A DNA stretch of 63,969 nucleotides, filler included, from Catajapyx aquilonaris (GCA_000934665.2; 2 parts of 2 records of this genome joined end to end with filler, not necessarily neighbours in it); one strand, 5' to 3'. Counted from the first letter of the whole stretch, positions 1 through 12,113 are shown. Made by a program: numbers and translations. The notes: generated by a model not told the origin, from the sequence alone.

Positions 1-660
1 AGGTACTATAATAGCATCCCTCCAATCCCTAGGAACTACACCATTATCAAAAGAAACCCTACATAAATTAGTCAAAAAAGTAACTACATCATCCCCGTCA
101 CACCTCACCATTTCCGAAGAAATAGCATCAACCCCAGGGGATTTACCTAGTTTAAGTCCTAAAGCAGCAGCTGCAACTTCCTTCTTAACAATATCCCCAC
201 AACCATCATTACTTGATACAACATCCCCAATTAAGCTAACAGATACATCTACACTGGCCTTATCACTTGCTGACAGCAAGTCCTTAAAATATTCTCCCCA
301 GCGCCCTTTCGCCTCTCCTCCATCCCACAGCATGTCACCCTTCTTATCCTTCACACCCACTACACTAACCCCACGGCCAGTTCTTAACCCCCTAACAGTC
401 TTCCAAAAAGACTTCTCATCCTCCTTGAAGGCCTTCTCCAGCCTCTCACTCTCCTCTAGATCTACCTGCTTCTTACTCTCCCTAACAACCCGTGCTGCCT
501 CCCGCTTCCAAAACCTGTACTCCCCTGCAGGGACACTACCCTGCAGCATTCCTAAGTAAGCCTCCTTCTTACGATTAACAGCCTTAGCCACCTCCTCGTT
601 CCACCAACGATCCCCCTTCTTACAACCCACCTTAGCCATACCACAAATATTTGTGGTATC
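1..660 (-). mobile_element. Non-LTR retrotransposon (RTE-like LINE) ORF fragment, 5'-truncated, running off the left edge
   Basis: 220 open codons on the minus strand: ...RWWNEEV...FWKTVR...RWGEYFKDLL...LKLGKSPGVDAISSEMV...FLTNLCRVSFDNGVVPRDWRDAIIVP. This is the linker and start of the RT domain typical of non-LTR elements. The clade assignment is by recalled motif resemblance. Confidence 0.88.
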
Positions 661-969
661 TTAACCACGATACGACAATATTAAACAATATTGAATCTCT
701 TTGTCCGATATGGCGCCTTCATTTCTAACTCTGATGCAGCCATTTTTCTGCGGTATGTTATTGTTAGTAGACTACTGTACTTGGAAAATACGTTGCATGG
801 GCGGGTTACACGCTCAAAAATGTAATTACTGTAGCACATGGCTAGAGCTTAGTGTTCTCTGTCTCAAGGCCACTGCTGCCTGTTTTAACGCATGCAAACT
901 GCTGAATTATACTGCACAGAAGTGATACGATGCTACTGATATTTGGCGTTAGCTAATCTACTTACATAG

Positions 970-1309
970 CTATTCGACGCATTCCAGGGCATAGTCCTTT
1001 CCTTTCTGGAAATGACTTCTACAGCGGTACACTACCACCGTCTGCCAGGCACTCCCAGGCTTGCTCCCAGGTATTCCCAAGTCTCGGGAGTATATAATTA
1101 TCACCTTAATATCACTTGGAAAGAACGCAGGGTTACAACTAACCGCACACTCTGTGATGAGACAATCCAGATTAATGACAAGCAAGTCGGTTTCGAGGCC
1201 TTCATCTGCCTTGCCGTGATAAAATGGATAAAGGTAAAGATGGATAAAAATTATACAGACACAATCGTGTCCCCTCAAATCCTACGCAAAGTGCTGTTGG
1301 AAAAGTCAG
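970..1309 (+). CDS. Putative internal coding exon of an unidentified gene; weak BACK-domain resemblance
   Basis: Acceptor ttacatag|970 and donor tcag|gtgcat at 1309/1310 bound 113 open codons (LFDAFQ...FEAFICLAVIKWIK...SPQILRKVLLEKSG). A stop-containing copy lies at ~4590-4850. Confidence 0.35.
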
Positions 1310-2870
1310 GTGCATAATTCATACATGCAATGGGGGATGTAAGTTATTCTGATGTCTGATTTCTGCCCCCCCCCCCCAAAAAAAAAGAAGAAAGAATTAA
1401 CTTGCAATATTATCTNAATTAACTTGCAATATTATCTCTTCAATGGAGCCAAAATTACATAAATAAACTGTAAAAAGTGAATTATTGATTCGAAATGAAC
1501 TTACAAGGTATAACTTACATACGGTACACTGTATAAATGTCATCATCAACAATAACAATACGGTATTTTTTATATGACCAATGACGGTAACATAATTTCA
1601 ACATTAATTTCCAGCCATCGCAGAAATTAAGACTATAACAGACTAAGCCTGTAACAATGCTGGCCTCAGTTGGGAAGCGAAGTACAATACTGTTCACATG
1701 CAGCGCTCCTTACGCATAAAGCTTCACTATCACTTAGACTAGTATATTATTTTATATATTCCAACCAATCAGAAGGTTTGGGCAAAAATATTACACAGAG
1801 TGGCAAATCAACTAAAACGGGACCATGGAAATTATTTCATTGCTATTTCATTGATGTTTCGATCTGCAGTCTGCTCATTGCCTTCTTTTTTCACTGCACA
1901 ACAATTATTTTCAGGTTATTGGATAAGTGGTTTTTATGACCACACGGCATTACCAATAAATTTAATGCATTCAGATAAATCAAATATTATTTTATTTTGA
2001 GGCACGTATCCTTTCAGTATCAGTGATGAGACTTTAAGCGTACAGTAGTCTACAATCTCTACATGCTGTAAAAAATATTGTCGTGTCATCTGGGGGGGAA
2101 AAAAACCATAACAATAGGTTAGTATCAAAAACAAACACATTTCAGTATCCCAGAAGTAGAAGTAATAATTATTACTTTATTACTTGTTCTCTATACACAT
2201 CGCTGCCAGACACACTAGATGGCTATGGAACCAAAGGTCTACGACTTTACGTAGGCTATTAATACAGACAAATCACAACCTCATTATTTGCGATGAAATA
2301 AGTCATTAAGTTGGCCATAGAAAATAATACTTGATATATGCGAGTGATATATTATTATTTTGAATATTTAATACTCTGCACATGCAGGTGACCATGTGAT
2401 ACTTCCTGTAACGATGACTCAGATATCACTGACCTGTCACAGAAGGAATGACCCAAAAACACATGTTTTTTTTTTGCAGTTAAGTATAATTATTCAGATT
2501 CGAATGTGAAACAGTAAGTGATTTATTTACAAGCATCTACATCGCGTAGTGGGAAACACGTAACTTGCCACAACGCGTGAAATGGACATTTTATGAAGCA
2601 GCCATGACGCACAATAAATTCTCGTCGTGGCATTTTCGTTTAGTCCAGAAAGCGTCGTGGCTGCTTTCAAACCGGCCATTTCACGATCTGGCTGTTTTGA
2701 AAACGACGCGAAATGGTCGTTTTCTCTTTCTTTCAATGAATGTTACCAGAGTTTGAACGCAACATACCAGTATCTTTAGCCACATAAAATTGCACCTTCC
2801 AGAAACAATTATGATAAATTTTCATGGGTTTTTTTCATGCAGGCATCCATATAGAATAGAACCACAGTAA

Positions 2871-4263
2871 TTAATGCCCTTTCGAATCCTGATTTTTGTT
2901 TAGCAGTTTGTCCAGCATAGTTTCTTTCTCGTCCTGGTGAATCACGTGAAATGTGATGTCCCGTAGAATCCCCGGATCAGCTTCCAACAATGGAGCAAGG
3001 TCATCCAAAGTGTTGATCACTTGAGCTCCAACACTTCTACCTAGGCATTGTATGCAAACACGGCGATAAATAAGGAAATGCAATGGAAACATGAATTTAA
3101 TATAATCATGCATAAGTTTTTGAGGGGAAGCATGATGGCATACTCACCTATCATGTAAAGTGAGTAACCTGCCAGGTTCAGACCTCCCGAGCATATGTCT
3201 TTCTTCTTCTGTTCCTGTTGCACCTGCTGGTCATTCAGATCTGACAGGAAGGTTTTCAGAAAAATGCTATAGTGATAGATGCAGCCTGTGTCCTTCTGGT
3301 AGATGACCACTGGGACTGGCTTCTCCGTCAGTTGGTTCATCAAGTCGAGGCAGCTTGACTCTGGAGGAGCTGCACCAATTTCTTCTCCAGAACCAGTCAA
3401 ATGTGGCTTTGTAGTTCTCAGTTCCTCCTAAAAATTTTACCCATCATTATATCTCTCAATAATTCTCTTCTTGGACTCCTACAGTACATCACATTGTAGA
3501 ACTAACCTTTTCCTTGGCCGTGCCAAGTGCTTCCTTCAAATATTTGGTGAACTTTTCCATTTCTATTTTCAAAAGACGACACTCGGCGATTCGCTCTTCC
3601 AGTTTCATGTTGATGTCATGAATTTCGGACTCACGCATCGATATAATGTTCTGAGCCTCCTTCAACTTCTCGTTCTGTAAGTGTAATTAGCATTCATTTT
3701 ATGCGACTACAACAAAAAAAAATGGTAAGGCACATTATTACTGATATAAACTGCTGTTACCATTGTTTCAACAGCTTTGGCACTTTCGGATTCGAGTTGA
3801 CAGTGAAGGTTTTTGTTGCAAGATTCCAGTTGAGCAGACAAAAGCGTCACTTCCTCTTCCTGTAACAATTAAAACACATCGGCAGTAAACAGTGCACAAA
3901 AAAAAGCGTTACAACTTCGGACTCGTTGCAACTATATTCAGATGTGGAATAGCTTCAAAAATGTTGCGTCTAATGAAACATTTGTCTCACCTTCTGTGAA
4001 AGGGAAGTCTTCAACTTCACCGACTCGTTATTAAGAAGAGTTTCTTTCCTCTGAGAAGCTCCCAAGTTTTTCTTCAAGTCTTTCATCGTCTCTTCTAGCG
4101 AGTTTTGCACATTTTTGTGTGAAATCTCGTGGTGCTTTCTCTTTTCGATCGCTTCTTGCCATATCGAGTAGTAGAAATCCCTCTCATGTTGTAGCTCAGA
4201 TATTTTGTCTTGTAAGCGTTTCTTCTCCTCTTCAAACGTTTGGCCTTTCTGGAGCAGTTCCAT
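2871..4263 (-). CDS. Coiled-coil protein, paralogue A (~329 aa; 5' end apparently decayed)
   Basis: Exons 4263-3991, 3859-3761, 3674-3507, 3427-3148 and 3040-2871 are GT-AG and in frame. The body is E/K/L-rich. The C-terminus (PVPVVIYQK...GLNLAGYSLYMIG|RSVG...ITFHVIH) aligns with paralogue B. Minus-strand AATAAA at 2176-2181. Confidence 0.72.
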
Positions 4264-4589
4264 TTACTGCAGGAAGTGAGTAGAGTATACCAAAAGAATC
4301 CGCAAAAATGTGTTTCAAACAGCAAGTTTTTAAAATAAGTTACAATTACCATTTTCAGTTGATCCATCCTCGCAGTAAATTGGTTAGTATTGTTTCACCA
4401 ATAACACCCTAAGCAACTCCATGGCAGCTATCTCATTGTCCTTTTTTACTCTCACTTTTCTTTGACCAGCCGATTGCTACATGCATCCTGGAAGTAATGT
4501 GTGGATAATTATTAGCAAGAGTATGCCTAAGCAAAATTATAATTTAAAAATATACTTAACAATTATGGGAAAATATTTCCTTCTTGGCT

Positions 4590-4850
4590 TCCCCAACAGG
4601 ACACTACCACTGACTGCTACACACTCCCGTATGATCTCAAGTCTCATGAGGATAAGTCACCTCTTATCACTTGGAAATAAAGTAGTGATACAATTATTAT
4701 ATAGGATTTTTTGTTATGTGTCACGCTATATTATTTGAAACAAGCCAGACAGTTGAGAAGCGTCAGTGATAAAATTACCTTAATTGATAAGATGCACGAC
4801 ACAATCCCTGCCAATCATATATGGCAGAGTGATTGTGGATAAATCAGGTG
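4590..4850 (+). pseudogene. Decayed duplicate of the 970-1309 exon
   Basis: Shares cactaccac, actccc, caagtctc, atcacttggaaa and tcaggtgca with 1030-1314, but reads HYH*LLHTPV*SQVS*G* in the equivalent frame. Confidence 0.5.
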
Positions 4851-6438
4851 CACATGTGTATCATTGTTATGTCTGCTCTCTGCCAAAAATTAAATTTCAG
4901 TTATATCATATTAATGTGTCTGAGTTTCCCTAAATAAGATTGAGGAAGTAAATTATAATTATCGAAAGGAACGTACGCTGAATAATGCTCTACCACGACA
5001 ACAACACGTGACTATTCCTTTAATAGGGCCAACTTTGGTAGGCTAGATACATAAGTATTGAATCGCATTTGAAAATATCATATACTAGGCAACTTTTCCT
5101 TGTTAGATTCTTAGAAAGATATCGATATGAAAGGCAAAGGTTCATGATTGTGTTGCTATGCTGCATATCAAATCAAGCTCGAAGGAGGGGAAAGAATTAT
5201 GGCAGGAGCTAATGACACATCACAAGACACAAGATATTATTTTCGTAACACAACTGATAGGTAGATTATACACTCCCTTTGTGAATGACCTGTCATGCTT
5301 GCAATTTTGTCATAGGTATGACATTATAGGTATGACAGACCTCTTAATGTTGTATATTTTAAAATTTTGGGCCGTGATGGCCTTGTGACTTATTTCATTT
5401 GATTTCTCAGTGACCGATGGCAGAAAAATTCTCATATGAACATGTCTTTAGTTGATGGTATGATGAAAGGCCCATTTTCATGTGCACTTTAAAAAATTGT
5501 TAATCTGCAGCCTTCCATTTTTGTGGAGTATTCAGCAGAATCAGTTACAGTGTGATACAGATGTGTCCATGATCCCATAATTATGTTCTTTTAACGACAC
5601 TGTGTTTAATATGTGCCATCGCATATTGATGAACGACAGTACCTGCAATTGGTGTAGATGTATTATTGTGTATCGATTATGCCAGCAATGAAACTAATAA
5701 TTAGTTTCATTATTAAATTAAACATAGTGGTTTTTTTGGCTCCACCGCAAAAATTAATAAACAATAAGATAATCAGATATTAGCAAAAATTAATATGCAT
5801 ATTGGTACTTGAAAAGAGTTGTATCCTAAATGTAATAAAATTAGACCATTCAATCTTAACGAAGAGCACTTATTTTAACTTTGGCCACAATCCTTTGATC
5901 CGGAATGAAATAAGCTCATAGGAAATATTATGTCACAGGCACAATCATATACCCAGCATTTTGTCTTAAACGTCAGTTCAATTTTTAAACACATTTTTTG
6001 TAACACTTTCTGTAAATCATACTCAATTAAATGTCAAGAACATGAGCATGTAGCAGATGAAAAAAAACAACTTTATTGTTGCTCTCTACACACTGCATAA
6101 TAATACTGCAGGATTAAAAAGCTGAGTACATAAATCACACAAACGTTACATTTTCTTCTGAGTACAGCATTTGTAGTAATACAAAAACATGTGCCTGTAA
6201 TAATAATTAATCATTAAAATTCACCTGTCTCTCTGGAATATACTGTGTTATACTTGATGACATATGGGGTCATCATGTATCTGATCAAACCATAAGCAGC
6301 ACACAGAAACGGGCATTTATGCAACTTGATGATTAATATACCGTACTAGTAGCATGCATAAAACAGACTCCAGTACATCAAAAACAGGAAGGAAAATAGC
6401 AATTCAAATTTGTAGCATTCAGAGTATCCGAATGCCAG

Positions 6439-8435
6439 TCAGCACATTTCAAACTCCTTCTCCTGGTTCTTCAGCAGTTCGGCCAAACGTATTTCCATCT
6501 CCTCCTCGTGAATCACATGGAAGGTGCTGTCCCGTTTGCCCTCCGGAAAACCTTCCAACAGTGAAGTGATGTCCTTAAAGCTGCTGATCAAGTGCTCTCG
6601 TCCATATTTACCTATACATTAAATAAAAAATAAAAAATGGGAATTACAAGCTGGCCTGGATCATTTGAATATGGTAAATACTGTATGTTTGTCAACCGCA
6701 AAATTGTGAGTTATGTGTAATCACAAAATTGCTGTATTTTTTTTGCAGCGCTGCAGGCGAACGAACATCATTGTGGCTTTGCCACTTCGCTGCGTAAAGA
6801 TCCAGATTATAATATACACACCTATCATATAAATGGAGTAACCAGCCATCCTCAGCCCTTCCATGCAATCTTTTTTGGACCTCAAATCTAGCTCATTCAC
6901 CAGCGGATGATTCAGGTGAGAGAAAAGAGACCTTATGAAGACACCGAAATCATTGCCATCTTCCTCACGCAGCTCGGCCTCTTGGCACGAGCATCTCCTG
7001 CCCTTCTGATGGATGACCACCCGGATTGGCTTCTGCAGCTGGTTCAAGTCGAGTTTCTTCGGTTCTGGAGCAGTCGAGCACTCTGCCTCCTCAGATCCAG
7101 TCAGAGCTGGCAGATAGCGTTGGGTCAGTAACTTTGCGTACTTCTCAGCCGTTGTCTCTGCCTGCAAGAGATGTACGTGACAAAGTATTGCTTCTTTCTC
7201 TACCATTTATGATCACATTATCATGTTAACTTACTTTCTCCAGCTGTTCTCGAAGCAACCTGGCTTCAGTCTCCTTCTCCACAGCCTTTTCTTTCATTTT
7301 ATATTCACCCTTAATCGATTCCAGTTGCATTGTATACTTTTCCTTCTCCATGTTATCAGCTTGCTTCAACGCATCTTGTAACAGTTTGCCCTAAGGAATG
7401 ATAGGGACGCATGTACTTCTAATGCGCCAATGTGTAGCTTGTGTAACAATACCCTTTCTTCCAACATGAGTGACGTTGTCTTCAGCTTATCTGATATTCT
7501 CTCTCTCTCCATAGTCAAGAATCTGCCATCGCAAGACCGTTCCACCAGCTGCATATCTGCGTCCGTTTTTTGATTCTTCAGATTGTCCAGCTGATTTTTC
7601 AGTTCTTTGACCTTGGCACGCTGCAAATGCGTTTGTTAATTATTGTCTTATATGAACACATACAACGCGCAGCCTACCTTACTCTCAACCTTCCTCTCTT
7701 TCTCTTGAACCTGCTTTTCATATGTCTTCACTTCACTTTTGAGCAGCTCAGAAGCCATGATGCTGATGTGCAATTCTTGTTGGAGCTTGGTCTTGTCCGC
7801 TTCCAGTTGTTTTATTTCCTTCTGCAGACCTGACTTGTCCGTCAGCAAGTTCTCCACCAGTGGGTGTCGTCCAACTGAAGCCATTACATCCTACACATGG
7901 AATCCAATCACAAAATGTGATTTTTTCCAATAAGTATATGGTAGGACATACCTGAACTTCATGGGTTGCAACAGAATTGCTTTGAATGAAACCCATGAGT
8001 GACAGTACTTCCTGGCACTTGCGGTCCAATTGCGCAGCCAAATCATTGATCTTTCTATCCAGAGCAGCATTACGTTCTTCTTCACGAGTCAGATTGAGCT
8101 TCAGATCAAAAACTACCTGCTGCGAGTCTTCGTAAAGCTTCTGAAGCGCTTCGGCCTGGGCTTTCCAGTCAACATTTCCCTGATTGAAATAAGGGTGAGA
8201 AATTAATTATGAGTCGATGGGAAAATCAATCAATGAGAATAGGGCATACCTCATCATTTTGTTCTGGATTGACGTCGTCACTGACTCCAGCCCTGAGCAA
8301 AAGTTGTGATATGTTAGAAAATATGCTTCCATCATTGGTCAGGTTTTTTGTCATCATATACAGACGTTTTACTGCTTCATAAAACTGATTGCTTTCAGTG
8401 AAGTATACTTACGGTGTCTGTCCATCTTCAGCCAT
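6439..8435 (-). CDS. Coiled-coil protein, paralogue B (~447 aa, 8 coding exons)
   Basis: Exons 8435-8413, 8292-8250, 8179-7952, 7890-7678, 7620-7453, 7390-7235, 7161-6822 and 6611-6439 are all GT-AG with a continuous frame. Start context is accATGG. C-terminus KPIRVVIHQK...GLRMAGYSIYMIG|KYG...STFHVIH. AATAAA at 6072-6077. Confidence 0.82.
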
Positions 8436-8530
8436 GGTTCTTTCAGTTGTTCACTCTCTGCCTAATTCCAAGTAACTGCTTCGCCTATGACTCACGGCGA
8501 CTACTCAGGGACCACATGACTTCTAGCTCC

Positions 8531-8695
8531 TTATCAGAAACTTGATAACTACTTTTCCTGCTACACGATGAAGACAATTTTTATAGACAATGCTTACAGA
8601 TATAAAACCCCAGGCTGTATAAGGTGTTGTCGCAGATTTCCACCCACGGAGGAATTCCCTTGTTATCAGCCTTCGCCTTGATAAAACTGTTATCA
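8531..8695. promoter_or_regulatory. Cluster of five TGATAA/TTATCA (GATA-type) sites upstream of paralogue B
   Basis: Sites at 8531, 8543, 8663, 8679 and 8690, about 100-260 nt 5' of the ATG at 8435. Confidence 0.45.
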
Positions 8696-8715
8696 GGGTG
8701 ATACCACCCACTCTT

Positions 8716-9052
8716 GTCTTGACTAAGGCGTGGGGACGGACATTGATCACTTTTCACTGCGAGTGTAAACTGATCTAACCTAACCTAACCTAACCTAACC
8801 TAACCTAACCTACCCTACCCTACCTAACCTACCCTACCCTAAGTAACCTAGGCTGAGAAAAATGGACTTTTGTGAAACCCTACAAATGAAAATAGTGGGG
8901 ACATGTCCCCACTAATTTACACATGTCCCCACTGTAATGGTACACTTCGCGTGTGTGAGACTGTGGGGACCGACAAATGTCCCCACAATTGGAACTGGTC
9001 CCCACAGCTACAGTAAAACCACAGACTTCCGTCCCCAGACCTTAGTCAAGAC
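8716..9052. mobile_element. Non-autonomous inverted-repeat element (MITE or Helentron-like) with an internal (CCTAA)n tract
   Basis: 25-nt inverted termini gtcttgactaaggcgtggggacgga (8716-8740) and tccgtccccagaccttagtcaagac (9028-9052), with 2 mismatches. GTGGGGAC/GTCCCCAC motifs recur inside, including a 22-nt perfect palindrome at 8893-8914. Confidence 0.65.
8775..8850. repeat. Interstitial (CCTAA/TTAGG)n tract, the arthropod telomere-type pentamer
   Basis: Seven perfect TAACC units at 8776-8810, followed by TACCC/TACC variants. Confidence 0.9.
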
Positions 9053-9729
9053 CTGATCACTATTAGCGGTGCACTATCCAAGTCCCAATTCCAAGTAGAA
9101 AGAATGTAAAAAGTTATGAACTGCTCATTTTTCAAAAGTCAGCTGAAATATAAGCAACAATGAGCGTCACAGTCTATTTCTGCTTCGACAATGGGTGTGA
9201 TATACTAATTATTTTCACTTGTATTGTACCGACGTTGCAAAACTCATTTGCCAAGTCGTCTACATACACAGTTATCGGTACACATTTGCTTTCATATAGG
9301 GCGATCCTTGCAGACAAAAATATGCGTAGTATTGCCAATTTTAGAAGCCAATATTACTGATCATCGGTTTTAGAAATTGATTTGTAGAAGATGAAAAAAT
9401 AGCGTATTACTTGCAATTAGAATAAATGGTCAGTTGCCTTAAAAACAACTGGATTTAATTCCCATTCAATATAGTACAGCATAGATAATGCAGAAGTCTT
9501 GTTACATCAACAAATAATATTGTGCACAATACTTATATGGATTATGAGCAAAAAAAACCTAGGCTTGCTGAAATTTTTGCAATCTTGTAACAACGTCATG
9601 GCCATTTTTGTGGAAAAAAAACTTTATCTGAACATGTACTGTATGACCAAGAGTAATTTTCGATGCACATGCTTTTTTTGCAATGTGATGCTTTTTTTGT
9701 GACCTTAAGAATGATTTGACCTAGTTGGG

Positions 9730-11898
9730 TCAGAGCTGGAGCAATTTCAGCTGGACACTGCTTTCCTGTAGCCATTCACCGAATACATTCAGAAGCATAG
9801 CATCATCCATCTTCATCGGATCCATATCAGGGACATCACCTGAAAACAACATAAAAATATTCAAAAACTCCATGAATGAAATAAAGAGAGAATATTTCGC
9901 CAAATATACCTTCCCACAGAAAAGTATAACCAGCATTTTGCAGATCCGACCATGACGAAATGGCAATTCCATGTTCGTCCCTGATCTTGAGTGGTGTCAA
10001 AAGTGCTTTTGACAGACTGGACATTGTTGGAGGCTTGTCACATGGAACTTTCAGGCAGTAAATCTCACCCTCTGTGCTTCCAGTGCGAAAAACCTCAACA
10101 TTGACCGACAACATGGGACAAGATGAGGGCACACTCTGTGTTTGTTCTTTCTGCAAAAATAAACCTAATATGAAAAATGCTGAAAAAATTGGGTTTAAAT
10201 TTTCAGCGATACGAACCGCTTGAACTTTCGATTGCGAAATAATTTCATCCGCTTCAAATCTCGCCAGTTTTATATCCTGCGCTCGCTTTTCTCTTTCCAG
10301 TGCGTCCAACTCTTGCTTTGTTTCGGCCATAACCTTTTCCTGTATGAGCTGGTGTTATAATTGGATTTGCCCACAAATATATGTCTGCTCGTACAAACCT
10401 TTTCATGTAGTTGGTCACTTTTTGTCCGAAGCTTTGACTTCACATCGTCCAATTCAGATATTTTAATTTTCAGTTCAGTTCCCATCTTCATCATTTCCAT
10501 TTCCAATGTCCGCTTCTCATCTCGTGTCTTTTCCAGAGCTGCTTTTATTTCACGCATCTCAACTTCCTATACATAAAATAATATTGATAATGCCAACCCT
10601 GCATGATGCGCACTCTATCATTTAATTACCATGCTTTGTATCTTCCCATCTTTTGCTCTTACAGACTCTTCGAGATGCCCAATTTCCTTCTGGAGCCTTT
10701 GTGTCTCCATATCTGCTTTGCACAACTCCATGTTTAAATGCCCTGCATCACTATTTGATTTAGTAAGCACCTCCTGTGATAAACAGCATAAAAAAAAATT
10801 AACATTTGTAGTGCATAATTTGGTTTAAAAAAAATTATACCTCATTCTGGCAGGTAAGCTGGAATATATTTGCTTCCAAATACTCAATCCGTGCTTTGAG
10901 TGACACTTTGTCACCATCACATGCACGTAATCTCTTTTGCAATTGATCCAGCTTCTCGTTACCTGAGATCAGGTCTTTGATCAGAGTTTTTTTCTCCTCA
11001 TCCTTCTCAACCAGCTTTATGTTCAGGTCAGAAATTACTTTCGATTTAGTTTCCAAGTTTGCCTTCAGATCGTCATAATCCGTGTGTATGCATTCATGCG
11101 CAGGCAATTTGCATAGTGCTTGCGGCTCTACAGTGATCACATGTTGTTCGATTGCAGCTACAGTGTCGACTTGAATTTCTTTGCTTAACACTTCAGGTTT
11201 TGCACTACCGCTACTTTCTGCGACGACCTGCTTCGTGATGTCCAATATTTCTCTCATGACTCGCATCATGTTTCGATGCAGTTCATTCCCATCATTATGG
11301 CCTGAACTGGGATCATACTGTAAGGAATGTTCATTAAAAATACTCCTCAAAATGAAATACACAAAAAAATCCAGCCTTACATGTTCGATCATATGTGGCC
11401 TCACACGACATAGCACTGTGTAAGCACGTCTGTAGTCTTTGAGTAATTTTTTCTCCTCTTTATTTCTGATTCTGTCCTCATCAGGTGCACTCGGATAACA
11501 ACATCGACAGCCACAACACCTGTAAAAATAAAGATTGAAATGCTGGGAAGAAAAACAAGTTAACAGCCACGAAATAATTATTCCAAAAAAATGGGCGATT
11601 AATTAATTAATCAGCAGTTGCTTCCTCCTACATGGTCGTATTATAAGAGCTGTCAATATAGTGTTCACAAAACTGGTTATCAGACATGCCCTTCTTATCA
11701 GACTTCCAGTCATATGAGAATGGGACACACACCTCTTACTTTTAACTATAAAAAACCAACTTCATAGAGCGTCAATGTATGCATTTCATACTCTTTTTTC
11801 CCCCTCTATTTAGCTTGTTATACTGTCAAAAATTCTGATCGAAAGTAGAGAGATACTCACAATCGCAAAAAGTCATCCCAAATTCCAATGTCACCCAT
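9730..11898 (-). CDS. Coiled-coil protein, paralogue C (~479 aa, 8 coding exons) with an N-terminal Cys cluster
   Basis: Exons 11898-11861, 11519-11381, 11317-10841, 10773-10630, 10566-10399, 10339-10217, 10150-9910 and 9839-9730 are GT-AG and in frame. Begins MGDIGIWDDFLRLCCGCRCCYP. C-terminus VNVEVF...IYCLKVP...DLQNAGYTFLWEG|DVPD...VQLKLLQL. Confidence 0.82.
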
Positions 11899-12052
11899 TG
11901 TAACGTGCTAAGGAGTTGTTGCTGCTTCCAACATGCTCAACACACTGAGGGCTCCTTCATGACTGTTATCTCAAACTCGTGTCAGAAACTGCTGATAACG
12001 CACAGGATGAGTCAAAAACCACATTGTTATAGTCACATTACAATTTACAATC

Positions 12053-12113
12053 ATATAGAATTGGCTAGACGTAACTTCTGTCCCTACATGCAATGGCTCA
12101 TCACCAACGTGCA
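12053..12113. repeat. Short dispersed repeat, with further copies at 12536-12571 and 30381-30431
   Basis: Core tgtcccta...ctcatcaccaacgtgca in all three copies. The atatagaatt..ctag prefix is shared by the 12053 and 30381 copies. Confidence 0.75.

Noticed and set aside
701..925. Possible BTB/BACK exon upstream of the 970-1309 exon
   Set aside because: The resemblance needs frameshifts and there is no clear donor, so it is too weak to call.
1395..1437. 21-nt direct repeat aattaacttgcaatattatct either side of a single N (similar case near 41796)
   Set aside because: Typical unmerged contig overlap, not a biological duplication or TSD.
8775..8850. (CCTAA)n as a true telomere or fusion site
   Set aside because: Too short, in a single orientation, and enclosed in an inverted-repeat element.
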